This document shows positions 24,301 through 59,108 of a stretch of DNA of 64,000 bases, piece by piece. The translations under genes were made by a program, and so were the position numbers. Source of the stretch: Hormiphora californensis (taxonomy: Eukaryota; Animalia; Ctenophora). The stretch spans positions 1,116,001 to 1,180,000 of the forward strand of contig CM035359.1 of the NCBI GenBank assembly GCA_020137815.1, given 5' to 3'. The notes under the pieces are model-generated. The model was given only the letters and a program-made list of their open reading frames with translations. It had not been told where the DNA came from and made no database searches. How positions within the stretch are numbered: position 1 is the first letter of the stretch; every line of letters begins with the position of its first letter.

Positions 24301-25618
24301 GATACGAAGGCTCTGTCGCATTTCCTCTAACCCGGCACATGTACCTATCGTACACATCACCATGCCGTCCCACAGGTACATCAAAATCAACAAGATCGTA
24401 CGCATCGTAGGGTTGTGATTTTCTCAAGTCCCACCGGCCGCCTGATCCTCGTACCATGACCCCACTGAAATAGAACCGTTAATAAATCATAATTTCATTG
24501 AAATTATTTCAAGTTATCTCAATTCAATTTATGATTGGATTGATTGAGCTCGATGTCCCAATCCTGACACCCAAATCTCCAACTTTGTGGTTGCTGCATG
24601 CGCGCCGCGCACAGCAAATGCTCACAACCCGCACTTTATTCATATGCGAGACTCTGCCGAATCCTACAAATATTTCGCTGTGATTCTCTTCATGACGCTC
24701 AGAACCGCCATCACAATCCATAATGCCACTGCTACACATATTATACTGCAGCCTACTGGCTCGACAGACCAAATAACAGAAGTTGTCGTTGAAACAGGAG
24801 CAACTTTGTTCACAAATACCGTCCCAAACAAGGCCAAACCAATAACAGTGGTACCCCCACCCCGTCCCGGAATATAACCAAGAACTGCAAGTGGGATGTT
24901 ACCCCCAACCCCCACCCCACGACAGACGGATACAACAGTACCACTTGAGCCAGGCGCCTTCGGGGCGCAGTGCGAGGTACAGTCAAACCAAACCAAACCA
25001 AACCAAACCAAACCAAACCAAACCAAACCAAACCAAACCAAACCAAACCAAACCAAACCAAACCAAACATAACCAAACCAAACCAAACCAAACCAAACCA
25101 AACCAAACCAAACCAAACCAAACCAAACCAAACCACCCAAACCAAACCAAACCAAACCCCCCTACCCCTACCTAAAAATAACATACCCCCTCCCCGTCCC
25201 CCCAATATAACCAAGAGCTGCAAGTGGGATGTTACCCCCCCCCCCAACCCCACCCCACCCCAGCCCACCCGAATATAACATACCTCATTCCCCAACTAAG
25301 AGCATTATCCAAAGTAACGGGGCAAATTCCAACCGTTCTCGATCTCCAAACCCTGTTGAAAGTCACCAGCTCTTCCACATCATCCAGCCTCTCACTGAAT
25401 GTTTTCATCCAATCGTAAACATCATCCATAAACCCAATAGGGAGGTCCTGAAATGAGTGAATTGTGATAGAGTGGTGTTCTGCCTTGTCTTGCTCTCACC
25501 GCTCCGCACCGGAGGTTAGAACACCTCATCTTTGAGAGCCGTGAGAGAGGGGAGGGTATTGAAGGGTTTTTGATGATTGAAAAGCCCATTTACCCGGGCA
25601 TACGTATGCATGATACCC

Positions 25619-25701
<83 letters not shown>

Positions 25702-28700
25702 GCATAAATAATAAATATCGCTCCCTCTCTCTTACCCGTGACACTCCACCAGGTCGATAGTAAGCAGCATGAAGCCGTGCCCCGCTCACTCGTTCATAAA
25801 ACTCCATCAACTTTTCCCGTTCCTCAAAGAGCCATACAAAAGGGGTTGTGGCCCCCACATCGAGGATGTGAGTGGTTACTGCCATGATGTGGTTAAGAAT
25901 TCCTCGTCATTTCACCCATCATAACTGAGGAGGAGGGAGAGATAGGTGAATGAAAGGAAGGGGTAGTGGGTGAGTGGGGTACACAACTCACAAGACAAAC
26001 TACAAAGAAGAGGAGGAGGGAGAAATGGGTGAATTGAAGGAAGGGTGAGTGGGGTACAAACTACAAAGAAGGGAAAAGAACCAGGGGGGACGAGGGTAAA
26101 AACCAGGGGGATGCCAAACTACGAACCTCGAATGTACTGGGCACGAAGTGGCACTGTAACTCCCATCATTCGTTCTATAGCGAGACAGAACGCCCACTCG
26201 TTGTACATCATTGATACGTAGTCCAGTCGGTCAAAGTAGGGGAGTGCCTGGTGTATGATTAGAGTTTAGAATATGGGGAAAAACCCCAAATAAATACCTA
26301 GGAAAGCGCCTGGTAAAATGATTTTAGGGTTTAAAGTTTGGAGATAGGACAGTGCCTGATATTACGGGCAGTCCTTAGAGTTTAATGGGAAATTAAATAA
26401 GGGGACGGACATGAATGGGAATGGTGAATGATAGGAAAAGTTTGGTTTTGTTGTGTGATTGTGTATTGCTGAAGGGAGACCACTCGTGGGAAAACGCCGT
26501 TCCTCTGCGCCTCTGTCTGTATCTCTCTCGATCTTTCTCTGATCTCTCAGACGCACCGAACACAAAAAGGGTGTGTCTCCACTAACCTCGAACAAAACCA
26601 TTAGATCTGTCATCTGATCTTTGTCTCCAGCGCACTTCCACTGCCTTCTCTAGCAAGCAGCAAACGCGTTCTCTCTCTCTTACTTCGACACGTCACACAC
26701 CACCGCCAACAAAACCATTAGATCTAAACTTAGTCTTTGTGCCTCTCACCCACCCTATTTCTCTCCGGTCTCTCCGCCACTTTCTTTCAGCATTTCTCTC
26801 TCTCTCTCTTATTGAACCACTGTTTTTATGTTTGTGCCATTATAATTAATTATCAAACTGATTTATTTCAACCTAGGAAGTTGTTCAAATGTTGCGTACA
26901 ATTTTGCTGCTAACAGTTTTGTGGGTGACCCTTAGTACGGTTCAGGCAGGTAAGATATTGAGACTGAGAACACTGTATCACCTTGAATTACCGGGTGTAA
27001 AACTATTCTACCTAGTATAGACCATTGTTAACATCCTGATAGCCGATAGGGCACTATATTACGAGGTAGGTGGGTACTGTTACACGGCACAGCTCCGTTT
27101 TGCACCAACTCAATCTACTAGCTCGATCAAACCATTGCATCCTCCCGTAAGCCGCTCCCAAACAGCTAAACTCATTCTAACATCCAAGATTGGACTGACA
27201 AAAAGACAGGGCCAAGTAATCGCTTCACCTGGGATCTCGAACGCAATGCCCTGGAGATCACTACAACTTCAGGTTTTGGCAGTGGAAAGGAAATCCAACT
27301 GGTTATTGAGAACACCACGGATCATAGCTCGTATCATCTACTTGGCTATTTTAAAATCTATTTCAAGAACCCTTTCTGGTCTGGATGAGCTATTGCACTA
27401 GCGACACCAAGTTCACTACTGAGCCTCCAGCGGCAGTTTCCAAATTTTGGACCATTTGGAAAACAGTGGAATCCATCATTGTAAAATGTAATGAGGTTGA
27501 AGTGTTGAGATACGTATTTCCCGCGGGCTGCAAGGAACAATGGGGTGGGGATAGTGCATCTTTCATCTATTTCGACGATTACGATACAGCATCCCTTCAA
27601 TACCGCACGGGGAAGATATTACCAGGTAAAATTTGTTTAGTTTTAATTTTCCATTGAACTGAGATTTCCTATTTCATATAATTTTGGTTTTCTTTATGTC
27701 ATTGAATGCATGAAAATGAGGGCAACTAGGAGGGTTATTCGACTCCTACAACCATCCAACGTTTTAGTTACAAAACGAAGTGAACGGTTAACTAAGATAT
27801 CACCCTAGACATTAGTACAGTCAAACCTCGATTTACCGTGGTCCGTGAATTTATCCTTCCCCCGAGGCCCGAAAAGCCCGATAAAGATAGATAGACTGTA
27901 ATATAACTCACCTGGGTGTAAGTTTTGTACTCTATCAGTTTCTCAGTTCCCCTGTGCAACAGTCCAATGTGTGGGTCTGCTCCGAAAATTTGCTGAAAAG
28001 ACATCATTATCTTGTCAGTAACGATAGCATATTACACGTTATGTCCATATTATAATCAGATATATATCTTATTACTTTTGACGCACACATCGTGTTAGCT
28101 TGACTAATATACAAAGAGAAATTGAACCCGTGGAATGGCTATTACACGATTGCGCATGGAAATAACCCTCTCTCACCTCGCCCTTGCACTGCAAGATAAG
28201 TCGTAGCACACCGTGAGCTGCTGGATGTTGAGGACCAAAGTTCATCGTCACCAGCTTCTCGTCTGGAGATTTGTACTCTGCCTTAGACATATCCTGAAAC
28301 ACATTAAAGGGGTTACACGTGTTCCGTCGTGTAAGATGTTGAAATCTAAGTTTTTTGATTAACAAATTGTGAAAACTTACTCGTTGAGTCTCACGAGCTA
28401 ATAAAACAATTAGGAAAACTAATCAATTAGAAACTAATTAATAAACAAGTAATTAACTCACCGGTTAGAAACTGTTTAATTAATAACTAATTAACTTACC
28501 GGTTCGTCCACAGGGAAGAAATCCTCTTCATATCCTCCAATGGGAAGCTCCCGACGATAGCCCTGTTGGGGATCAGGGGCAGCGGCCTTCTCCAAATTAG
28601 CCGGGGCCCATCTGAACAAACACCTAGAAAGAGAATTGGGATCACAATGGGATTAGTTGTAAAGTATATTTCAACTAGAAATACTTTTATTACAAAACAT

Positions 28701-28827
28701 GAATGGTATCATGCCAGTCTCTCTGACGTGACCCCCCATATTCGCCCGATCGAACCACTTAATCAATTAAATACCCAATTTACCTGGCCCCCTGCTGTAG
28801 TGCAAACTTCCTCGTTAGTGATAACAT
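18359..28827 (-). CDS. NDUFS2: NADH:ubiquinone oxidoreductase 49 kDa core subunit (complex I), multi-exon
   Basis: Transit-like start [15 protein letters not shown] (ATG 28827). Diagnostic segments: [96 protein letters not shown]. Exon 18693-18834 reads [25 protein letters not shown]; final exon 18359-18396 reads [12 protein letters not shown]. Two +1 indels (~24328, ~25902) are probably consensus errors. Confidence 0.97.
18795..23667 (-). repeat. Tandem array, 64 x 76 bp, built from the NDUFS2 intron end plus exon start
   Basis: Plus-strand unit: tactgctgccatcactgacaagatacactccaaactctccctaggatatgaaatagttaggtttggggagtcttct. 4873 bp minus 9 inserted bases equals 64 units. The leftmost unit contains the real exon start. 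Confidence 0.97.
24984..25157. repeat. (AAACC)n microsatellite in an NDUFS2 intron
   Basis: Visible. Confidence 0.95.
26889..27657 (+). CDS. Nested antisense gene in an NDUFS2 intron: small secreted protein with a Trp/Cys-containing beta-rich domain; one apparent frameshift near 27375
   Basis: Exon 26889-26949 is a signal peptide, [20 protein letters not shown]|gtaag. The exon from 27189 (ctaac..ag) reads [47 protein letters not shown]. After a 1-nt shift it continues [34 protein letters not shown]. It resembles a domain I recall as highly expanded in ctenophores. Confidence 0.7.
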
Positions 28828-29423
28828 CCTCCTCTAGAGTTTCATTTCTCCTAGCTACAGAATTGAAAAGGTTATAGTGAAAGTTGAAAGTGTTATGAAC
28901 GTAGCGTAGCTTTTAACTACATGCATACTAAGGGTTTCTGTGTAAACTGGGGATCGGGAATGGGTGAAATTGGGCGATTTGCAATCGATTCTGTTGGCGA
29001 GTCACAGCTGCCACCGATCAGAACCTAATGCTGCTAATTTCCACTATCTACAGATTTCCGGACAATTGCACATTTGCCAGTAAAAATATTGTCAAACGTT
29101 GCTGGCCCCCGATAGCGGGCGCCGTTACGATCTGGGTGTTTGGAAGCCTGTTTACAGGTGCGTGCTGCCAAAAAAGTTGATTCACTAAAATGGCTCTAAC
29201 CGCCAAACCACTCAACCGTTTTGGCTGATTCAAAGTTTATCTGGTAGGGAATGTCAAGGCCTAACCCCAACCCTCCTTTAGCCCTAACCCTAAAAAACCG
29301 TTTGTCAGCACTCCCAAAACACCCAGATTTTAACGCTGGCCCCCGATAGCGGGATAAGGCAGCGCGCTTTTCAAGATAAAATAATTCCAGTTTTTGATTT
29401 TACGCGCGTAAAAACTGATCATG

Positions 29424-30110
29424 ATTTAAAGTGCGTTTCAAACGACTTGACCTGAGATTCCTGGAAATTCAGGATTTCCCCTTTGTAAATACACGCGCAA
29501 TGCGCCAAATTCCAAGAATTACGGGTCAAGTCGCTTGAAACGGACTTTAAAGTGCGTTTCAAACGACTTGACCTGAGATTCCTGGAAATTCAGGATTTCC
29601 CCTTTGTAAATACACGCGCGATGCGCCGAATTCCAAGAATTACGGGTCAAGTCGTTTGAAACGGAAAACGTTAAAATCTGGGTGCCTTTCATTGCTAACA
29701 ATTCGTAGTTTTGGCGCGCGCGACGGGTTAGGGCTATCCGTTAGGGTCTGGTTAGGGTTTGGTTTGGGGTTATCGGTTAGGGCTATCGATTCTCTAACTG
29801 ATACCGTTTAGTTTACTCAAATCGGCCATGTGGTTCCATGGCTATAGCCGTCTGAAAAAAGTCGGTCTAAAGTATACTCTTTTGGTAGCGCGCACCTGTA
29901 AACAGGCTGCAAGGCACCCAGATTATAAAGTCCATTTTTTTTCAACTGTTCACCCAAAATTGAAATTTCAGTGAAATTTAGAATTTTCGTGGCGCGCGCT
30001 ACACGTTAACATGTGATAGACGCGCAAAACAATTCCGCGCACGACTTTGGGGGGTGAACAGTTGAAAAAAAATGGAGTATAATCGCGCCCGTTTGAAACG
30101 CACTTTAAAT
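29424..30110. mobile_element. Composite non-autonomous TIR element(s) between PAXIP1 and NDUFS2
   Basis: Outer IR atttaaagtgcgtttcaaacg / cgtttgaaacgcactttaaat. Internal ~120-bp direct duplication (29425-29660), degenerate GGGTTA tracts and an inner IR at 29931-30076. Confidence 0.55.
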
Positions 30111-30603
30111 TAAATTAATTTATTTTCTATTTTTGTGTGCCGCGCAAAAACTTTCCGCGGCGCGTTCATCTTCATTTTGAAAACAAATAAATAAATAAAA
30201 GGAGAGACTGGGCAACTCCCACTGCTTTTTAATCACTGGCCATCCAGATTATACAGCACTTTAAAATTCAAACAACAAATTGAGTAAGCGGAAACATAAA
30301 AATTATAACAGTGAAAAAAATGTAAATCATTGGTTGTGACTTCGTTGAGAGTGAGACTCAACTCCGAAGAATATTATTATTATTATGACTGGCAGACTGT
30401 GTTATTATATCATCAAAACAATCTCTCAATCTTCAGACTGGAGAAGAGTGACCATTCAACACCCAACTCAAGAAACAATCTGGCGCCGCGACCCCATCTG
30501 AGCGCTCGGATTAGAGAATCAACCATTTGAGAATCAAATGGTGGGGTATGGCGCCGCAATACAGAAAAACAATGGGCAACAAACGTCAAAGAAACAGTTC
30601 CTC

Positions 30604-46566
<15,963 letters not shown>

Positions 46567-46790
46567 ATATGGGCATGGAATGTTTATCAGCTCCAAAGCA
46601 TCGACACTAAATAGTTGGAAACCAATTAGGATTTGGGGGTTTTTGGTACATAATAATTCCATTATAATTAAGAATTTTGGCAAGGATTGGAGAATTGGGA
46701 AACACGACTCGGATAATTAGGAATGAAAGTGAAAATAAATTAAAACATTGATAAAAATTAAGTCGGCAAGTTAAAAATATTAAAACTGTA

Positions 46791-49724
46791 TCACCGTATA
46801 TTGCATCCAATATAACACCTCCTCTCCACACAGTACTGCAACAGCTCATTCCAATTCGGGTCAGCCCTCAGCACATCCGGATTTCCGATGACAACCAACA
46901 AAGCCTGGGCCCTTGTAATGGAAACATTGAACCGTTTCTCGTTCTGCAGGAACCCCAAACTAGCAGTCCTGTCCAGGGCATGGTTTGACCGAACCGTCGA
47001 GATGATGATAGCCTTCCTCTCTTGACCCTGGAAATCCTCAACCGATGCTACTTTTATCTCCTTTTCAGAGATGGACGGGATATTCTTTAGCATGTATCTG
47101 ATTTTCTCCGCCTGTTTTTTGTAGGGTGAAATAACCCCGATGTCCGACTCCTTGATCCCCGACTGAATGCACTTTTGAACATACACCAGCACCTGTGCTA
47201 TCTCGACCGGGTTGAAGAAGGACGGGTTGTTCTCCTCTCTCTGTTCCTCGCCCCGAACACCATAGAATATCACTGGTAAGGTCGGGTTGGGCAGAAGGTT
47301 GGGGTTGTTAATGGCTGTGTTAACGAGGGATGAAGGTGCACATGGCACTAATTCTTGATCGTAAAATAACCGAGAGGGAACGTGGAGGATTCCCTCGTGA
47401 GATCGATAATTCCGTATCAATTTTGTAATCAAAACCGGATCGTAATTGTAACTTGCACTAAACCCATCGCCAACCCTCCTACCATATATGGGCATGTTCA
47501 TGAGCCTCTCAAGATAGGACACCTGAAGGCCCAACTGTTCACACTGTTGGTTCCGTATTACCGGACCCAACTGGAAGGGATCCCCCGCTAGTACGGCCTG
47601 TGTCCCGGGTCCGGTTGAGAGCGCAATGGGGAGCAACACCTCCGGTTCAACAGCCTGACCAGCCTCGTCCACAAAGACATGAGTGAAATGAGACGTTCTC
47701 AGACCTAGCTTGTAAAGGTTTCCTGCCGTGATACAGGTTGCAACTATTATCCGTTTTAGGGAGGCCTCCTTAACGAGATCGGCATCCATGGAAATGGCTT
47801 GGAGGTGAGGTGGTAGGTGGTTGATGCACCGTGACATACTATTCAGTCTCACCACATCCAATCCAGAAACTTGAGACACCAGCCGGTCTGTTATGAGGTC
47901 ACACGCACTGTTGCTAGGGGCCGTTACTAGGATACGGGAATCATCCTGGATGGTATAAATCTGAAGAATTGCCTCGACGACAGTTACAGTTTTACCGGTA
48001 CCAGGAGGACCGAACAGGAGGTATGGTATTGGTCGGGCTTTAGCCTCTATAATGTGTTTAACGGCCTCCCTCTGCTCCCTGTTCAGCTGTTTATTGAAAA
48101 GTTCCAGCCGTCCAACTCCGAAATGGGGCGGTTTTATTGTGACGTTGTCGGGGAACAAGAGGTAGCTGAGTGAACCTCCAGGTGACTCACACACCAGATC
48201 AACAGCTGTGTGACACCGCTTGAAAGATGTTCGGCTGTGTTGGAATCGAACGGTGACAGGGTCAGTGTTGTAGTTGTCGTGAAACTGCTCATTGAACTTG
48301 AGATACAAATCCTCCGTTTGTTCCACCAGTTTATGGATGAACCCCTCGTATTTTGATCCCATTGATCCCCCTTCTTTTTCACAAGTCACACTTTGTCCCA
48401 CCAGCAGAGAAAGTTTAGATTCCACCAAGCCAGGAACTTTGAGTAGCATGAACTGCCCTTTTTTCATCAAGTAAGCGTTCTCCATCGTAAAACCTTCCAT
48501 CTCCTCCTCACAAAACTTCTCCTCGATGTACAACAGTTCGTGGAAAATAACGCTGTAGTTTGCGAGAGAGAGCTCCTGCATCAAGATTGTATTCTCCGAT
48601 GTAGACTTTATCGTAGGTGGGATGTGATAGCTTTTAAAGTGGTTGGGGTAGAACCGTGGAGCACCCAACCGTGGTCTTTCTCCCTGGATGATAGTCGCAG
48701 AGTCAAGAAAGGAGGTGTCCGATTTAACGCGAAGACACCGCCCTGTTTGGGGTTGAATGGTGTTTATGTGGAGAGGGCGAGTGATTGTTATTGTGGTTCT
48801 CTTGCTCGTAGAGAACTTGAAGGTTATCAATGTCCGGTGTTCACCAATGTCCGTGTTCGTAATCGTAAATGGTAGACTTTTTGAATCATCAGGAGAAAAA
48901 CTGAGGGGAAGTTTCCAGGTGTTATCTGCTGACACAACAATACTATCATCAGAAAGAGTCACAGCCATGAGGTCAACCGGCAGGTTATTTGTCCGGTTTT
49001 GGAAATGAAATGTGATCTGAAACTCCTCACCCGGGTTAACATGACCAATTTTCAGGGCGTGAGGCTCACATATCACCAGCTCGACTCCCTCGTACTCCCT
49101 AACAGTCCGGTTCAGACAGAACTTAGGAAGCCGGTATAACTCAACTTCAGGTCTCAGTTTTCCCGCCGTTATGGAAGATGGCTTGATCTCAAATGCTCGC
49201 CAATCGAAATTCTGCCACTTGCACTCCACCGCGACACCCGTAACAACATCGTTCCTAGCAGGGTTCGAATACTTGAAATCTGATCGCATGACGTAAGTGT
49301 GATCTTCCAAGACACAATGTGATGACGTCACTCTGACGATGTAAGAGGTAAAACGCCGCTTCCGGATGTGCCGGACCGTCGAGCCGATTATCACGCCATT
49401 CAACTCTGATATTGAGACCTGGAGGAGATCACCCGGCACAGGTGGAATCTCACATAGAGCCAACCGGAACGGGATATCATTAACAAAACCCATTTCCTTG
49501 TCGACATCTCGCAGCTCCCCGATCACTTCATTCCGCTCCAACTCTTGCACAAGTCGAACCTCCGTCGCTTTGAATGTATCCGGTCCATTTTCAACTTTGA
49601 AACCTGATACCTTGCTCCCCCGAACCGGTATGTCTCCAACGACCACTGAGTACTCGAAGTAGATGTCATTTTCTATGATACCGTATGTACTGTACGCGCT
49701 GGTAACGTGTCCATCGAATTGCAT
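46791..49724 (-). CDS. MOV10L1: MOV10-family UPF1-like SF1 RNA helicase, MOV10L1/Armitage type; intronless CDS (about 977 aa from ATG 49724)
   Basis: Motifs PYLLFGPPGTGKT, APSNSACD, HVFVDEAGQ, LAGDPFQLGP, NYRSH, VEDFQGQE and RFNVSITRA. The N-terminal OB/S1-like repeats (GHVT..YGIIENDIYF) fit MOV10L1 better than MOV10. An acceptor (ccttctacag) lies 4 nt before the ATG, so the 1046-aa ORF start is probably too far upstream. Confidence 0.85.
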   Translation of the reverse strand: MQFDGHVTSAYSTYGIIENDIYFEYSVVVGDIPVRGSKVSGFKVENGPDTFKATEVRLVQELERNEVIGELRDVDKEMGFVNDIPFRLALCEIPPVPGDLLQVSISELNGVIIGSTVRHIRKRRFTSYIVRVTSSHCVLEDHTYVMRSDFKYSNPARNDVVTGVAVECKWQNFDWRAFEIKPSSITAGKLRPEVELYRLPKFCLNRTVREYEGVELVICEPHALKIGHVNPGEEFQITFHFQNRTNNLPVDLMAVTLSDDSIVVSADNTWKLPLSFSPDDSKSLPFTITNTDIGEHRTLITFKFSTSKRTTITITRPLHINTIQPQTGRCLRVKSDTSFLDSATIIQGERPRLGAPRFYPNHFKSYHIPPTIKSTSENTILMQELSLANYSVIFHELLYIEEKFCEEEMEGFTMENAYLMKKGQFMLLKVPGLVESKLSLLVGQSVTCEKEGGSMGSKYEGFIHKLVEQTEDLYLKFNEQFHDNYNTDPVTVRFQHSRTSFKRCHTAVDLVCESPGGSLSYLLFPDNVTIKPPHFGVGRLELFNKQLNREQREAVKHIIEAKARPIPYLLFGPPGTGKTVTVVEAILQIYTIQDDSRILVTAPSNSACDLITDRLVSQVSGLDVVRLNSMSRCINHLPPHLQAISMDADLVKEASLKRIIVATCITAGNLYKLGLRTSHFTHVFVDEAGQAVEPEVLLPIALSTGPGTQAVLAGDPFQLGPVIRNQQCEQLGLQVSYLERLMNMPIYGRRVGDGFSASYNYDPVLITKLIRNYRSHEGILHVPSRLFYDQELVPCAPSSLVNTAINNPNLLPNPTLPVIFYGVRGEEQREENNPSFFNPVEIAQVLVYVQKCIQSGIKESDIGVISPYKKQAEKIRYMLKNIPSISEKEIKVASVEDFQGQERKAIIISTVRSNHALDRTASLGFLQNEKRFNVSITRAQALLVVIGNPDVLRADPNWNELLQYCVERRCYIGCNIR

Positions 49725-49999
49725 AGATCTGTAGAAGGAGGATGGGTGTGTTATGTGGGACTGAAAGGAGGGAATGAGGTTGGAAATAGGGCAATGATAA
49801 GAGGAGCAGGGGTTGAAAATGTAGGTTTTGAAGGATCGTAGGGAGATTAGGGAAACTGATGCTTTATGCAGGGATACGGAGGGACTCCATGGCGGGAAAA
49901 GGAAAGGTATTGTGTTTTTCGCAGAGTTCAAAATAAAAAGACATCCGATATAGCTGTGTGCAATAAATCCATCTCCTGATCATACAAAACAACAGATAT

Positions 50000-50108
50000 C
50001 AGGAACCGACCGACACAAGTAAACAACCAATCAGAACTCGTTATTTAGGTCACGTGACTGGTTATCAGCCAATCAGGGACCAGTTTTTCCTGATTCGGTC
50101 GGTTCCTG
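50000..50108. mobile_element. MITE family A copy
   Basis: Full TIRs; 8-bp TSD acagatat. Confidence 0.9.
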
Positions 50109-51293
50109 ACAGATATATAATATATTTTCAGATTATTTATAGACTCTCTCTCTCTAAACCTGCAAAAACAACAACACTTTATCAGGGGGGTATCCTGTGT
50201 GAAAACACACTGCTGACACATATAAAAGTTTTATAATAAAACATCACATGTGGCTAATATATTGTATTTTAGAGCTTTATATATATTCTCACAGCAAGAT
50301 GACAGTGTTTGTTAAAAAAACTTGATTCTTCTTTATAAAACTCTCAAAAAACTTCTGGGAACATTATACACGGTCGCTTGTAGTGGGAAAACGGTAATGA
50401 AAAACGAAGATACAGTAAGACGACGCGCAACCGTGGCCAATCAGTACGCTAGTACGTGCTGACACATGAACTTTTTGCTGCGCGTTATGTAACGTGTGTG
50501 TCTCATTACTGTATTTCGCGATACCGTATTTTGACTGCAAGCAGCACTGATATTGTTGTCTAAGGACGTTTGAGGAACTAAAAGTTGAAAAATGGTAGGT
50601 TAAACGGGTTAAACCTTGATTTACCAGACTTCTCGGGGGAATGGTTTTTGCACAGAATATTTAGGTGAAATTTTGTTAATTTCCTGTGACCAGTAAATCG
50701 AGGTTCCGGTAAATCGAGGTTTGACTGTTCTAACCCTCCGCACAAAACAGAGTCTAGCTAGACAAGTATAATGAAGATCTGAGAGAAGTACCAGAACGGT
50801 TATCTAAAACTTCAAATAAAAAACACACACTTACAACATACTATATATATATCGCCCATTTTTTAACTCTCAACTAAAACAATATATAGCTTTTTGTTAT
50901 TTACAAATTTTCAAAAGATATGCATTACGTGTTCGTGATAAAACATGATAATCCGTGAAGCTAAAACACAAACCAAGATCGATTCACATTACACGAACGC
51001 CGAACTCGCAATACAGCTCAATAATGTCTGCGTTTGGACTACAACCGGACCCCGATTTACCGGGATTCTCGGGGGAAAGGGATTTGACTGGTAAATCGGG
51101 GTCCGACTGTAAAAAACTGCCGTGTTCATCCCACTTCATAATGTCTTCACAAATTGAACAGATCGTGTAAAACAGTGTTCCCATCGCGGTGGTCTCAGTT
51201 TCCTATACTTCCTCCATTAACAACCGGATATGTATCTCTGTTTGTGAAAATACACTTCATGAAGCTGCAAACATTATGACATCCTCTCTTTTC

Positions 51294-57246
<5,953 letters not shown>

Positions 57247-57459
57247 CTGTGGGGGAGAATGACTTATTTGTGGCTTTGTTGGTTAATTAACCACTCTAAC
57301 AACTTAGAACGGCAATGGAACATCATGCATAAATGATCCCAACCCAGTCCATCTATTATCACCTGATTTCTCAGCCCACCACTCTTTTGTCTATCCTAAC
57401 ACGTGGATCATCTAAAACTGATGTCATGTCTATGACGTAACAACATGCCACCCTGTTTG

Positions 57460-58252
57460 TAGTAGAGTCGATAACTACATCGACCTCTCCCAATTGTTCC
57501 AGTTTTTGTCACATCTGTTTGGAGCCTCGACACGACCTCTAAACAGGTGTTACTTTTTCACAAACTGTTTTCATCTTGGCGTAATCAGCAGTTGAAATGT
57601 TGCTGATCATAACAAAAACCTGACTAAATTTTTTCAACTTGGGGCAAAACCATGGGTGTCAAAAGTTAGCTCTAGGTCCCCTGAGTAACCATCCGGAGAC
57701 TCCAAGAGATATTTCAAGCCGTTCTCCTGTAATCATTAATCCCGGTAGAGCACATATTTGAGTATGGACGTACGTGCAATTGCCTACAACCTCAACTTTA
57801 ATGTATAACGTTAATGTGCGTCTCTCTCTTTTCTCCCCCTTGAGAAAGAGTTATCTCGCGCGGCGCAGCCGCACGTGCGGTTTTTCCAGAGAGAGTGAGA
57901 GACATACAATAACATGTAAACAGCCTGCCAGCGCTCACGTACGTCCGCATTGTATTTTTTTCTCCACCGGGATTAATGATTACGGGAGAACGGCTTGAAA
58001 TATCTCTTGGAGTCTCCGGATGGTTACTCAGGGGACCTAGAGCTAACTTTTGACACCCATGGTTTTGCCCCAAGTTGAAAAAATTTAGTCAGGTTTTTGT
58101 TATGATCAGCAACATTTCAACTGCTGATTACACCAAGATGAAAACAGTTTGTGAAAAAGTAACACCTGTTTAGAGGTCGTGTCGAGGCTCCAAACAGATG
58201 TGACAAAAACTGGAACAATTGGGAGAGGTCGATGTAGTTATCGACTCTACTA
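57460..58252. mobile_element. Foldback element with ~290-bp near-perfect terminal inverted repeats
   Basis: 57460-57750 is the reverse complement of ~57962-58252 with very few mismatches. Confidence 0.88.
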
Positions 58253-59108
58253 CAGTCGGACCCCGATTTAACGGCCCCCGATTTAGCGGCACCCCGATTT
58301 AACGGCAGGATAAATTTCCCCCAAAAATTTTTTGAAATTTTTTTTTGAAAATTTTTTGAAAATTTTTCAAAGGTGTATTAACCACGTCCGAATCGTGTTT
58401 CGAATCGGTGAATCTTATTGCATGTCTTGCCGGTAATTAGACGGTTCGAAACGAACAGATATGTGATCCCCATGAGGCCCATCGAATCGCAATTTTGACG
58501 CTTGGTAAACTTAACTGGTCCCATGGGGATCACGTATCAGTTCGTTTCGAACCGTCTAATTAGCGACAGGACGTGCGATAAGATGCACTGATTAGAAACA
58601 CGATTCGGACGTGGTTGATATACCTTTGAAAAATTTTCATAACTTTTTTTGCAAAATTTTACAGAATGATTGTCATTGCTTTGATCGGTGCTCCCCATGA
58701 ATTTTCAGAGAAAAAGATATTTTGAAATTCGAATTCTTCCTCACCCCGCTTAAAGTGCCCCGATTCGGCATGGTATCACGTATCGGTTCGTTTCGAACCG
58801 TCTAATTAGCAGCAAGACATGCGATAAGATGCACTGGTTCAATAAACGATTCGGACATGGTTGTACCTTAGAAAATTTTTATAACTTTTTTTGATTTTAA
58901 AAAAAATTATTTTCTTTTTCTAATCAGAAATGATCATGTAATCAATACATGGACATTGCATTTAACACTTAGAGGTGTTTTAGTATAGCATTTTGGACAA
59001 AAATAGGGTTTTATGGACCAAATATGCTCTACCCCGATTTAACGGACACCCCGATTTAACGGACAAAACCCTTTCCCCCGAGGGTGCCGTTAAATCGGGG
59101 TCCGACTG
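58253..59108. mobile_element. Tc1/mariner-like non-autonomous element (family B), copy 1
   Basis: TA|cagtcggacccc..gatttaacgg ... ccgttaaatcggggtccgactg|TA. Confidence 0.88.

Noticed and set aside
24498-25295. ORFs with WFGLV / QTKPN repeats and a 96-aa plus-strand ORF
   Set aside because: They come from the (AAACC)n microsatellite and flanking intronic sequence, with no recognisable domain or splice structure.
24320-25910. NDUFS2 as a pseudogene or a programmed frameshift
   Set aside because: There are two isolated +1 bases in otherwise well-conserved exons, within a visibly error-prone assembly. Consensus errors are the simpler explanation.
29260-29790. Interstitial telomere
   Set aside because: Only short degenerate CCCTAA/TTAGGG tracts embedded in TIR elements.
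49725-49931. N-terminal 69 aa of the 1046-aa helicase ORF
   Set aside because: It has a non-ATG start and a pyrimidine-rich intron-like sequence ending in an acceptor just before ATG 49724.
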